From: Accumulibacter sp.
GTDB lineage: Bacteria; Pseudomonadota; Gammaproteobacteria; Burkholderiales; Rhodocyclaceae
Reading direction: 5' to 3'
Length of the DNA: 64,000 bases
NCBI RefSeq assembly: GCF_029255145.1
Contig: NZ_JAPUVQ010000050.1
Span: forward strand, 15,681 to 79,680
Part shown: one piece after another, positions 10,061-18,236 of the stretch
Numbering within the stretch: the first letter of the stretch is position 1
Layout of the letters: the number at the start of each line of letters is the position of its first letter
Position numbers and translations under genes: made by a program
Notes under the pieces: generated by a model
The model's database searches: none
What the model was told of the DNA's origin: nothing
Seen by the model: the letters and a program-made list of their open reading frames with translations, nothing else

Positions 10061-10285
10061 TCAATCACGGCTGCCGGCGCGGTCGCCCCCGGCGTCACCA
10101 GCCGCATCGCCGTCGGCCACCGGTGGCGTGCCCGGTGGCGTGACGGCCGGGGCTTGCGGGGTTGCCGCCTCGATCGTTATTGCCGTGGCTGCTGGTGGCG
10201 GTGCCCGGTGCGCCAGACTCTGTAAGTGGTCGGCGACTCCCCAGGCGATGGCCAGCATCAGCAGCAGGAAGAAGAACAGGAGCAT
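10061..10285 (-). CDS. small membrane protein, hypothetical (74 aa)
   Basis: ATG 10285 (MLLFFFLLLMLAIAWGV) sits 6 nt after GAAGGAA. It has one hydrophobic helix followed by a Pro/Ala-rich tail. No family was recognised. Confidence 0.35.
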   Translation of the reverse strand: MLLFFFLLLMLAIAWGVADHLQSLAHRAPPPAATAITIEAATPQAPAVTPPGTPPVADGDAAGDAGGDRAGSRD

Positions 10286-10371
10286 CGGCGGTTCCTTCAC
10301 AGACCGGTGGGCAGCCAGCCTGGGCTCGCGGGCGCTGGTGTCGCTTCGACCTTGGCGGGCGGCCAGAGTGG

Positions 10372-10848
10372 CTAGCTCGCCGGCGGGACGCCGGTCGCCG
10401 CGCGGGCGCGCTGCTTGGCGGCGATGTAGTCGGCATGGCCGATGTGGAGCAGGTTGCCGATCTTTCGCATCAGGTGTGATTCATGCGCGTCAAGATGACC
10501 GTCGGCGAGAGCGACCTGCCACATGTTCTCGATGATGCGGAGCTTCTGGGCGGCGTCGCAGGTCTTGTTGATCAAGGAAGTGAACTGGTAGTAGCCACTG
10601 GCCTGGCGTGCCTCGTGTTCGGCGAGCGCGAGCAAGCGGTCGATCTCGGTGGCGTCCAGCCCGAACTGTTGGCGCAGTGCGGCGGCTACGGCATCCCGTT
10701 CCTGGTCGGCGATGCGCGCATCCATGCGCATTACTTCCAGCAGCAGGGCGGCGGTGGCGATCTGCAGGGCGTGTTCGCCCGCGGCGTCGGTCTGCCGGGT
10801 CCCGGGTTCGATGAATTGCTCGAAGAACTCCTTGATGCTGGCGATCAT
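10372..10848 (-). CDS. TerB-family (tellurite-resistance-like) protein
   Basis: 158 aa with duplicated acidic helices (..MDARIADQERDAV.., ..ADGHLDAHESHLMRKI..) resembling the TerB fold. Recognised from memory only. Confidence 0.65.
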   Translation of the reverse strand: MIASIKEFFEQFIEPGTRQTDAAGEHALQIATAALLLEVMRMDARIADQERDAVAAALRQQFGLDATEIDRLLALAEHEARQASGYYQFTSLINKTCDAAQKLRIIENMWQVALADGHLDAHESHLMRKIGNLLHIGHADYIAAKQRARAATGVPPAS

Positions 10849-10892
10849 GTGCGGCTTGTCTCCGGCTGGCGAGCGGCCATTCTAGCAGCGGC

Positions 10893-11843
10893 TCAGCCGC
10901 CAGGCGTCACGCGCCGCACCTGCACCGTCGCCGTCATTCCCAGGTACGCGTTGGCTGCGCCAAACCAGTTGCCGGATATCGGCGAGGCCTGGCTGGGGTC
11001 GCGTGCCACGCCGACGCGGATCAGCTGATCGCTGCCGCCGAGCAGGTTGTTGGTCGGGTCGAAGGTCACCCAGCCGGCGCCGGGCAGGTAGGCCTGCAGC
11101 CAGGCGTGCGTCGTTCCGGCGCCAACGGTGCCGCTCTCCCGGCCGCCGGCGTGGCCGCTCAGGCCGCTGCTACCCTGGTCGCTATCGAGCGCCTGGTCAT
11201 ACAGGTAGCCGGAGACGAAACGGGTGGCGACGCCGAGGCGCCGCATGGCCTCCATCATCAGCAGCGCAAAATCGCGGCAGCTGCCGGTGCCCAGGCCCAG
11301 CGTCTGCAATGGCGTTTGCGTGCCCTCCTGTTCGCGCTGCGCATAGCCGAAGTGGTCACGAATGAACTGGTTCATGTGCAGCAGCAGGTCGCGTGTGCCG
11401 GTCGGGCCGTCGGTACGCATGAACTGGCGAGCCCAGTGGGTCAGTACGCCCTCGGGGTCGTCGTGGTGCGGGCGCATGTAGTGTTCGAGGTCGAAACGCT
11501 CTTCGACGGAATAAGCAAAGGGAAAAATCAGCGCGCTGGGCGAGAGCTGGAGTTCGGGATAAAGGCTGCGCGCCTGTTCGATAGTGAATGAGCAGACGAA
11601 CTTCAGTTCCGTGGCCGCGCCGAGTGGCGTCACCAGCGCCACCGAGTTGGAGTGCGGGTCCTGGATCATCCGCACGACCGCTTCAGGGCTGACCTGCAGG
11701 TCGGTCGCCAGAACCCGCTGGTCGTGGCTGTCGCGCGGGCGGAACATCACCCGGTGTTCGCCGAAAGTCACCGGCGAGCTGTACCGGTAGCAGGTGGTGT
11801 GGACGATGTCGTAGTGAACGGGCATGGGTTTCCAGGTGGTCAA
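10893..11843 (-). CDS. transglutaminase-like cysteine protease family protein
   Basis: 316 aa. The core has Cys in GTGSCRDFALLMMEAMR and His/Asp in THAWLQAYLPGAGWVTFDPTN. The N-terminal region matches the bacterial transglutaminase-like N-terminal type. Confidence 0.85.
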   Translation of the reverse strand: MTTWKPMPVHYDIVHTTCYRYSSPVTFGEHRVMFRPRDSHDQRVLATDLQVSPEAVVRMIQDPHSNSVALVTPLGAATELKFVCSFTIEQARSLYPELQLSPSALIFPFAYSVEERFDLEHYMRPHHDDPEGVLTHWARQFMRTDGPTGTRDLLLHMNQFIRDHFGYAQREQEGTQTPLQTLGLGTGSCRDFALLMMEAMRRLGVATRFVSGYLYDQALDSDQGSSGLSGHAGGRESGTVGAGTTHAWLQAYLPGAGWVTFDPTNNLLGGSDQLIRVGVARDPSQASPISGNWFGAANAYLGMTATVQVRRVTPGG

Positions 11844-11903
11844 GGGGTGGCTGACGTTCGATCGCGTTTCTCGCCAGCGCCGGGATAGTCAGCAACAGGG
11901 GCG

Positions 11904-11939
11904 AAAAAAAAAAGCCTGTCGCCGGCAAAGGCGACAGGC
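11904..11939 (-). terminator. rho-independent terminator downstream of prpE
   Basis: A perfect 10-bp GC-rich stem, GCCTGTCGCC (11914-23) / GGCGACAGGC (11930-39), with a 6-nt loop. It is flanked by A10 on the plus strand, which is a U-tract on the minus strand. It lies 28 nt after the prpE stop. Confidence 0.75.
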
Positions 11940-11966
11940 CTGTCACATCGATTGGCCTGCCGGCGG

Positions 11967-13868
11967 CTACGCCTGCTCGCCGCTCAGCGCGCGCTGCAGC
12001 TGCTCGAGAGCTTTCGGATCTTCGATGGTCGTCAGATCGCCCGGGTCGCGGCCTTCGGCCAACGCCTGGATGGTCCGCCGCAGCAGCTTGCCCGAGCGGG
12101 TCTTCGGCAAGACGCTCAGGAAGTGCACCCGGCTCGGGCGGGCGATTGCGCCGAGGCTCTCGTCGACCTTCTTCATCACTGCCTTCTCGAGCGCTTTGAC
12201 GAGTTCCGGCGTGGCGATACTGTCGGCGCTCTTGACCACCGCGAACGCCATCGGCATCTGACCCTTGAGCTTGTCGGCAACGCCGACGACGGCGACTTCG
12301 GCGATCGCCGCATGCCCCTGGATCGCTTCCTCGATCTCGCGCGTGCCGAGACGGTGACCGGCAACGTTGATCACGTCGTCAGTGCGGCCGAGGATGTAGT
12401 GGTAGCCGTCCTGGTCCTGGATACCCCAGTCGAACGACGAGTACACCTGCGGCTCGCGGAACAGCGAGAAGTAGGTCGACACAAAGCGTTCGTCGTCGCC
12501 CCAGACGGTCGACAGACAGCCAGGCGGCAGTGGTGGCAGGATGCCGACGATGCCTTTTTCATCCCGGTCGCAGATCGTGCCGTCTTCGCGGAAGATCTTC
12601 AGGTTGTAACCGTAGACCGGGAAGCTCGGTGTACCGAAGCGAATCTCGGTCTTCTCGACCCCGGGCATCGCCGACAGCATCGGCCAGCCGCTTTCGGTCT
12701 GCCAGTAGTTGTCGATCACCGGCAGGCCGAGTTCGCCCATCAGCCATTCGTGCGTCGGCTGATCGAGCGGCTCGCCGGCGAGGAACAGGTGCTTGAGCGT
12801 CGACAGGTCGTACTTGTGCATGTATTCGGTGTCGTGCTTCTTGAGGACCCGCGCGGCAGTCGGCGCCGAGAACATGACGCTGACCTTGTACTTCTCGACG
12901 ATCTGCCACCAGATGCCGGGGTCGGGGCGCAGTGGCGTTCCCTCGTACATGATGGTCGCCATGCCGGCGAGCAGCGGCCCGTAGACGATGTACGAGTGGC
13001 CGACCACCCAACCGATGTCGGAAGTGGCGAAGAAGGTCTCGCCCGACTCGCCGCAGAAGATGTTCCTGATCGACGCCGCCAGGGCGACGGCGTAGCCGCC
13101 AGTGTCACGCTGCACGCCCTTCGGCTTGCCGGTGGTGCCCGAGGTATAGAGGATGTAGGACGGCTCGGAGGACTCCAGCCAGGTGACCGGTACGTCGGCG
13201 TCCATGAACTGGGCGCGCAGCGTGGCGTAGTCTACGTCGCGACCTTCAACCTTGTTGAAGCCCTTGTCCAGACCACGGTCGATCATCAGCACCTTTGCCG
13301 GTTTGTGTTCGGCCAGAGAAATCGCCTCGTCGAGCAGGCCCTTGTAGGGCACCGCCTTGCCGCCGCGCATGCCGGCATCGGAAGAGACCACCAACTTCGG
13401 CGTCGCATCGTCGATCCGGGTGGCCAGCGATCCCGAGGCAAAACCGCCGAAAACAACGGAGTGGATGGCGCCGATGCGCGCGCAGGCGAGCATCGCGAAC
13501 GCCGCCTCGGCGACCATCGGCATGTAGATCAGGACGCGGTCGCCCTTGACGACGCCGAGGCTCTGCATGATCGCCGCCATGCGCATCACCTCGGTCTTCA
13601 GCTCGGCGAAGGTGTACACCACTTCCTGGTCGGTCTCGGTCGAGATGAAGACCAGTGCCCGGTCATTCGGGCGCTTGGCCGCGTGACGATCGACCGCGTT
13701 GTAGCACAGATTCGTTTCGCCGCCGACGAACCACTTGGCGAAAGGCGGGCGTGAGAAATCGAGTGTCTGGGTGAACGGCTTGTGCCAGTCGATGAGTTTG
13801 GCCTCTTCGCTCCAGAAGGCGTCCGGATTGTCGATTGATTTCTTGTGAAACTCTTGAACTGTCGTCAT
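11967..13868 (-). CDS. prpE: propionate--CoA ligase (acyl-CoA synthetase, Acs/PrpE family)
   Basis: ATG 13868 follows AGAGGGAG. The N-terminus MTTVQEFHKKSIDNPDAFWSEEAKLIDWHKPFTQTLD..WF.GG.TNLCYNAVDRH closely parallels E. coli PrpE as I remember it. 633 aa. Confidence 0.85.
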   Translation of the reverse strand: MTTVQEFHKKSIDNPDAFWSEEAKLIDWHKPFTQTLDFSRPPFAKWFVGGETNLCYNAVDRHAAKRPNDRALVFISTETDQEVVYTFAELKTEVMRMAAIMQSLGVVKGDRVLIYMPMVAEAAFAMLACARIGAIHSVVFGGFASGSLATRIDDATPKLVVSSDAGMRGGKAVPYKGLLDEAISLAEHKPAKVLMIDRGLDKGFNKVEGRDVDYATLRAQFMDADVPVTWLESSEPSYILYTSGTTGKPKGVQRDTGGYAVALAASIRNIFCGESGETFFATSDIGWVVGHSYIVYGPLLAGMATIMYEGTPLRPDPGIWWQIVEKYKVSVMFSAPTAARVLKKHDTEYMHKYDLSTLKHLFLAGEPLDQPTHEWLMGELGLPVIDNYWQTESGWPMLSAMPGVEKTEIRFGTPSFPVYGYNLKIFREDGTICDRDEKGIVGILPPLPPGCLSTVWGDDERFVSTYFSLFREPQVYSSFDWGIQDQDGYHYILGRTDDVINVAGHRLGTREIEEAIQGHAAIAEVAVVGVADKLKGQMPMAFAVVKSADSIATPELVKALEKAVMKKVDESLGAIARPSRVHFLSVLPKTRSGKLLRRTIQALAEGRDPGDLTTIEDPKALEQLQRALSGEQA

Positions 13869-13938
13869 GAGACTCCCTCTTCCAAAAAATGTGAACCAGC
13901 TGCACCAGTGGAAACAACGCCTGCCGAGTGTCTTTGTT

Positions 13939-15063
13939 CTAGTGCTCCCGGTCAAGCGTCCGTTTTTGGATTTCTGCCAAAGGCAGGCCCAACTTCAACT
14001 CCCTTTCCAGCAATTCGAGAAAGGGCAGTATTTCCTTGCCGAGCTTCACCAGGTGCGGGATGACCGCGCTCTCGTGTCCGGCCTTGATCAGGTCGATGGC
14101 GTGGCTCAGGCGCGGCGTTGGCAGCTCGGTCGACGCTTTGCTGCCACACGCCACGACACGGTTGCCACCAGCGTGCTGCGCGGCCTGGAGGCGTTCTGCC
14201 GCCAATTCGAGCAAGGAAGCTGCGGAGCTTAACTGATCAACCGGGATGTTCGCTACCCCGACGCTGACCGAAAGATTCAGGCGCTGACCATGTACCGCGA
14301 TGTTGGCCACGGCAAAAGCTTCGCGCAGGCGATTGGCGAAGGCCTCGCACGCCGGGTAGGGGGTGCCCGGCGAAACCACCGCCAGACTGTCGCCGGAATA
14401 GTGCCCGAGGCTGTCTTCCTTGCGCACCTTGTTGGCGATGATGCTGGCGAAACGCTTGTGCAATTCCCTCGCCAGATCGATTCCGAGATCTTCACGCAGC
14501 GCGTCGAATCGGTCAAACCCCATCACCAGTATGCTCACCGGGCTGTCGTGGCGAAGCGCATGCGACATCGCCTGCGCCGCCTGCACTTCGACCCGCTGGC
14601 GTGTCGGAAGTCCGGTGTCGGGGTGCTGCGAGTCGCGCTCGGGGTTCTCCCTCAGTTCGTTCTGGGCCTTGGCCAGGCGGAGCAGCGAGTCGATGCGGGC
14701 GAGCAGTTCGCTGGCGCCAATTCCGCTGGCAATGAAGTCGCTGGCGCCCAGCGCCCGGGCGCGCTCCTTGGCTTCCTCGTTGTCGCCGGCGATCAGCAGC
14801 ACCGGCATCTGGCGCAGCCGCGCCAGCCTGGACGAACGTACCCGAGCCAGCAGGCCGTCGCCATCGAGCGCCGGCAGCGACATCGACAGCGAGCAGATCA
14901 CCAGCTGGATCGAATGGTCGATGACCAGCGCCTGCCAACCGCCTTCGCCATTGATTTCTTCGCGAAAACTGTAGTGTTCACGAATCAGCTTGATCAGCGT
15001 CGCGCGGACGATCCGCGACTGGTCGACAATCAGGATGCGAGGCCGTTGCTGCGGGTCGTCCAT
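13939..15063 (-). CDS. response-regulator-like protein with degenerate GGDEF domain
   Basis: N-terminal receiver-like fold (RILIVDQSRIVRATL..). The GGDEF position reads HYSGDSLAVV instead of GG(D/E)EF. It has a roughly 90-aa C-terminal extension of unknown type. Confidence 0.75.
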   Translation of the reverse strand: MDDPQQRPRILIVDQSRIVRATLIKLIREHYSFREEINGEGGWQALVIDHSIQLVICSLSMSLPALDGDGLLARVRSSRLARLRQMPVLLIAGDNEEAKERARALGASDFIASGIGASELLARIDSLLRLAKAQNELRENPERDSQHPDTGLPTRQRVEVQAAQAMSHALRHDSPVSILVMGFDRFDALREDLGIDLARELHKRFASIIANKVRKEDSLGHYSGDSLAVVSPGTPYPACEAFANRLREAFAVANIAVHGQRLNLSVSVGVANIPVDQLSSAASLLELAAERLQAAQHAGGNRVVACGSKASTELPTPRLSHAIDLIKAGHESAVIPHLVKLGKEILPFLELLERELKLGLPLAEIQKRTLDREH

Positions 15064-15082
15064 CGAGTCTTGCGGTCGTGGC

Positions 15083-16078
15083 TCAGGCGCCGCAAATGTC
15101 GACGACCACCCGGCCGTGCGCGCGACCCTTGAGGTAGTCGTCGAAAACGCCGGGCAAGTCGTCGAAGGCGATACTGCGCGTCATCGTGTGCAGGTGCTGC
15201 GGGCGCAAGTCGCTCGCCAGCCGCTGCCAGATGCCGGTGCGATAGGGCTCGCCGATGTAGCCGGAATCGATGCCGAGCAGGCACGCACCGCGCAGGATGA
15301 AAGGCATTACCGTGGTGTTGAGCGACGGGCTGGCCGCCAGGCCGATGCTGGCGATTGTCCCTCCCTGCTTCATGGTGCTGGCGATCCACGCCAGGACCTC
15401 GCCGCCGAGGTTGTCGACCGCGCCCGCCCACAGCGTCTTGTCGAGCGGCCGGATCCGCGACAGATCGATCGTCGACCGAAGCGTCACCTTCGTTGCGCCT
15501 AGGCCAGCCAGGTACTCCGCTTCGCTTGCCTTGCCGGTCAATGCGGTTACCTGGTAGCCACGTCTGGCCAGCATGTCCACCGCCAGGCTGCCGACGCCAC
15601 CGCTGGCGCCGCTGACGAGCACTGGCCCCCTGGTCGGATCGAGACCGTTTTCCTCCATCCGGACGACGCCCAGCGCAGCGGTAAAGCCGGCCGTGCCCAG
15701 GGCCATCGATTCGTAAAGCGACAGCCCCTTGGGCAGGGGAACCACCCATTTGGCCGGCACCCTGGCGTATTCGGCGTAGCCGCCGTGGTGAGCGACCCCG
15801 ATGTCAAAGCTGGTGGCGATCACTGCGTCGCCTGCCTGGAAACGGGGGTCGCTGCTCGCTTCTACGGTGCCAGAGAGGTCTATGCCACCGACGCAGGGAT
15901 AACGACGGATGATCCGGCCGGCACCCGTCGCCGCCAGCGCATCCTTGAAGTTGACGCTGGAGTAGGCAACCTTGATCGTGACCTCGCCCGGGTCGAGTTG
16001 CGACTCGTCAACGGTGACGAAGTCGCTTCTCGTCACCCCTTCCTTTTCGTCGATCAGGTAGGCCTTGAACGGGGTCAT
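15083..16078 (-). CDS. acuI: acrylyl-CoA reductase AcuI / YhdH-type NADPH-dependent oxidoreductase
   Basis: ATG 16078 (MTPFKAYLIDEKEG..). MDR-superfamily protein with YhdH-like strings (VAYSSVNFKDALA..GAGRIIRRYP..GIDLSGTV). 331 aa. Confidence 0.8.
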   Translation of the reverse strand: MTPFKAYLIDEKEGVTRSDFVTVDESQLDPGEVTIKVAYSSVNFKDALAATGAGRIIRRYPCVGGIDLSGTVEASSDPRFQAGDAVIATSFDIGVAHHGGYAEYARVPAKWVVPLPKGLSLYESMALGTAGFTAALGVVRMEENGLDPTRGPVLVSGASGGVGSLAVDMLARRGYQVTALTGKASEAEYLAGLGATKVTLRSTIDLSRIRPLDKTLWAGAVDNLGGEVLAWIASTMKQGGTIASIGLAASPSLNTTVMPFILRGACLLGIDSGYIGEPYRTGIWQRLASDLRPQHLHTMTRSIAFDDLPGVFDDYLKGRAHGRVVVDICGA

Positions 16079-16238
16079 GCTGCTTCCTTGCGGTGGCGGG
16101 TGGCCGCGTTGGCGCAACGACAGGCGTCGAGCGGCGCACGGATGATGAACGTCAAGAATTATAAACACAAACCCCGGCAGCCTCCCGTGCGAAGCGGTGC
16201 TGGCAAGAGCCGCCGCAATCGCGGCGCCAAGTCAGGTC

Positions 16239-16300
16239 TTTCAATGCTCGCGGCACCGCGACAAGAAAGTTTTCAAAGGTCGCGGCACCGCGACAAGAAA
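16239..16300. repeat. two tandem ~30-bp repeats, each containing the palindrome TCGCGG-CA-CCGCGA (operator-like)
   Basis: TTTCAAtGcTCGCGGCACCGCGACAAGAAA (16239-68) and TTTCAAaGgTCGCGGCACCGCGACAAGAAA (16271-300), with a 32-bp period. They lie in the acuI / NlpC-P60 divergent intergenic region. Confidence 0.85.
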
Positions 16301-16448
16301 TATGTGTCGTTTGTTCCACCAATCGCACGTGTGGCTGATCGCCGACTCAAACGTGCTTTTTGGAGAAGTATCATATGTAAATTAGATGCTTGCAGCGTGA
16401 TGCTGAGCGGGTTTCTTGGATGGCGAGAGCTTGATTAGGGGTTTACAG

Positions 16449-16464
16449 TGTGACATTTTTCACA
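16449..16464. promoter_or_regulatory. perfect CRP-type palindrome TGTGA-N6-TCACA
   Basis: TGTGACATTTTTCACA read directly, 15 nt upstream of the NlpC/P60 ATG. Its function is unproven. Confidence 0.35.
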
Positions 16465-16478
16465 TAGATTTCGTCCCC

Positions 16479-16988
16479 ATGTCCAGAAAACACCCCTTCG
16501 CATCTCTTCTCGCCGCTGCCCTGATTGCTTTCTCGGGAGCAGACCTGGCCCACGCCGATGAGCAGCAAAGGCCGCTCGATGAACCTTCGCTCTTCGCGCG
16601 CTATACCAACAACGCACAGGACCTGATCCTCAAGGGCCTGGAGTTGATCGGTATCAACTATCGTCGGGGCGGCACGGATCCGGATTCCGGCCTCGACTGC
16701 AGCGGTTTTGTTCAGCTTGTTTTCAAGGACGCGATCGGCGTGCTGCTGCCGCGTACTGCCAGGGAGCAAAGCGAGGTGGGGGCGGTCATTGACTTTCAGG
16801 AGTTGAAGGCGGGCGACCTCGTTTTCTTCAACACCATGCGCAACGCTTTTTCGCACGTCGGAATCTATCTGGGCGACAACCGTTTCATGCACGCGCCGCG
16901 CACCGGCGCCGAAGTCCGCATCGAGGACATGCGACAGAGTTACTGGGTGCGTCGTTACAACGGCGCGCGCCGCCTGTTGGTGCGCTGA
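16479..16988 (+). CDS. NlpC/P60 family peptidoglycan peptidase (secreted)
   Basis: ATG 16479 (MSRKHPFASLLAAALIAFSGADLAHA signal peptide). Catalytic Cys in GLDCSGFV and His in FSHVGIYLG. Confidence 0.85.
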   Translation: MSRKHPFASLLAAALIAFSGADLAHADEQQRPLDEPSLFARYTNNAQDLILKGLELIGINYRRGGTDPDSGLDCSGFVQLVFKDAIGVLLPRTAREQSEVGAVIDFQELKAGDLVFFNTMRNAFSHVGIYLGDNRFMHAPRTGAEVRIEDMRQSYWVRRYNGARRLLVR

Positions 16989-17031
16989 GTAGCGCAACGC
17001 CGGGTGGCAAGAACCTCCCGGAAGCACCGTG

Positions 17032-17057
17032 AAACGACGTGACGCGTCGTTTTTTTT
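17032..17057 (+). terminator. rho-independent terminator after NlpC/P60 gene
   Basis: Stem ACGACG (17034-39) / CGTCGT (17045-50) with a 5-nt loop, followed by a run of 8 T. It lies 44 nt after the stop. Confidence 0.75.
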
Positions 17058-17068
17058 AGCCACCAGTC

Positions 17069-17087
17069 AAGAACGATTCTCATTTAC
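17069..17087. promoter_or_regulatory. Fur-box-like AT-rich 19-mer upstream of fbpA
   Basis: AAGAACGATTCTCATTTAC matches the classical Fur consensus GATAATGATAATCATTATC at 12/19 positions by hand count. It lies 67 nt upstream of the fbpA ATG. Confidence 0.3.
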
Positions 17088-17153
17088 AGACGTGATTACG
17101 GTTGCTATGATCTTCCAGGAGCCATCGTGGTTCGCATGCAATAACCTGGAGAC

Positions 17154-18191
17154 ATGACAATGAAGTTGTTTTTTTCGCGTTCGCTGTTGACCCTGGCGAC
17201 CCTCGCGGTGATGGTGGCGCTGCCCGAGGCGCAGGCCGAAGAGAAGGTCCTGAACCTCTACTCGGCTCGCCACTACCAGACCGATGAGGCCCTGTACGAG
17301 GGATTCACGCGGCAGACCGGGATCAAGATCAAGCGCATCGAGGGCAAGGAAGACGAGTTGCTCGAACGGATCAGGAACGAGGGCGCTTATAGCCCGGCGG
17401 ATGTCTTGCTGACCGTCGATGCGGCACGGCTGTCGGCCGCGCACGAACTGGGGCTCTTCGCACCGGTCACTTCGCCAACTCTGGAGAAGCGCATTCCGGC
17501 CAACCTGAGGACCGGCGACTGGTTCTCCTTCTCGACCCGCGCGCGGGTCATCATCTACGCCAAGGGCGTGATCGACCCCGATCAAGTGAAGACCTACGGC
17601 GATCTGGCGAACCCGCGCCTGAAAGGCAAGGTCTGCTCGCGTTCGGGCTCGCACCCCTACAACCTGTCGTTGATGGCTTCGATCATCGCCCATCACGGTG
17701 AGGCGGAAGCGGAGCAGTGGGCGAAGGGCGTGGTGGCCAACTTTGCTCGTGCACCCAAGGGAGGCGATACCGATCAGATTCGGGCCGTCGCCGCCGGCGA
17801 GTGTGCGGTGGCGGTTTCCAATACCTACTACCTGGCGCGCCTGATGCGGTCGGACAAGGCCGAGGATCGCAAGACGATGGACAAGGTCGGCGTCGTCTGG
17901 CCAGACCAGCGGGGCGTTGGTGCGCACATCAACGTCTCGGGCGGCGGCGTCTTGAAGCACGCTCCGCACCGGGAAGCGGCGGTCAGGTTCCTCGAATATC
18001 TCGCCAGCGACCAGGCGCAACGCTATTTTGCAGACGGCAACAACGAGTGGCCGGTCGTCGCCGGGATCAAGATCGACAATCCGGCGCTGGAGGCGCTCGG
18101 CAAGTTCAAGGCCGACAGTCTGCCGGTGGCGTCGCTGGCGATGTATCGTGCCAAGGCGCAGATCATTTTCGATCGCGCCGGCTACCGCTGA
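17154..18191 (+). CDS. fbpA: Fe(3+) ABC transporter periplasmic substrate-binding protein
   Basis: 345 aa with a signal peptide, then EEKVLNLYSARHYQTDE, which is typical of FbpA/AfuA-type ferric-binding proteins. Confidence 0.85.
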   Translation: MTMKLFFSRSLLTLATLAVMVALPEAQAEEKVLNLYSARHYQTDEALYEGFTRQTGIKIKRIEGKEDELLERIRNEGAYSPADVLLTVDAARLSAAHELGLFAPVTSPTLEKRIPANLRTGDWFSFSTRARVIIYAKGVIDPDQVKTYGDLANPRLKGKVCSRSGSHPYNLSLMASIIAHHGEAEAEQWAKGVVANFARAPKGGDTDQIRAVAAGECAVAVSNTYYLARLMRSDKAEDRKTMDKVGVVWPDQRGVGAHINVSGGGVLKHAPHREAAVRFLEYLASDQAQRYFADGNNEWPVVAGIKIDNPALEALGKFKADSLPVASLAMYRAKAQIIFDRAGYR

Positions 18192-18236
18192 TATCCTGCG
18201 GCGGGCGGCGGTGTATCGGGTTGCCGCGACGCGCCG

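Noticed and set aside
16197-16385. 62-aa ORF covering the palindromic repeats
   Set aside because: The same repeat is translated in two different frames within it, and it has no RBS. The repeats are better explained as DNA-level elements.
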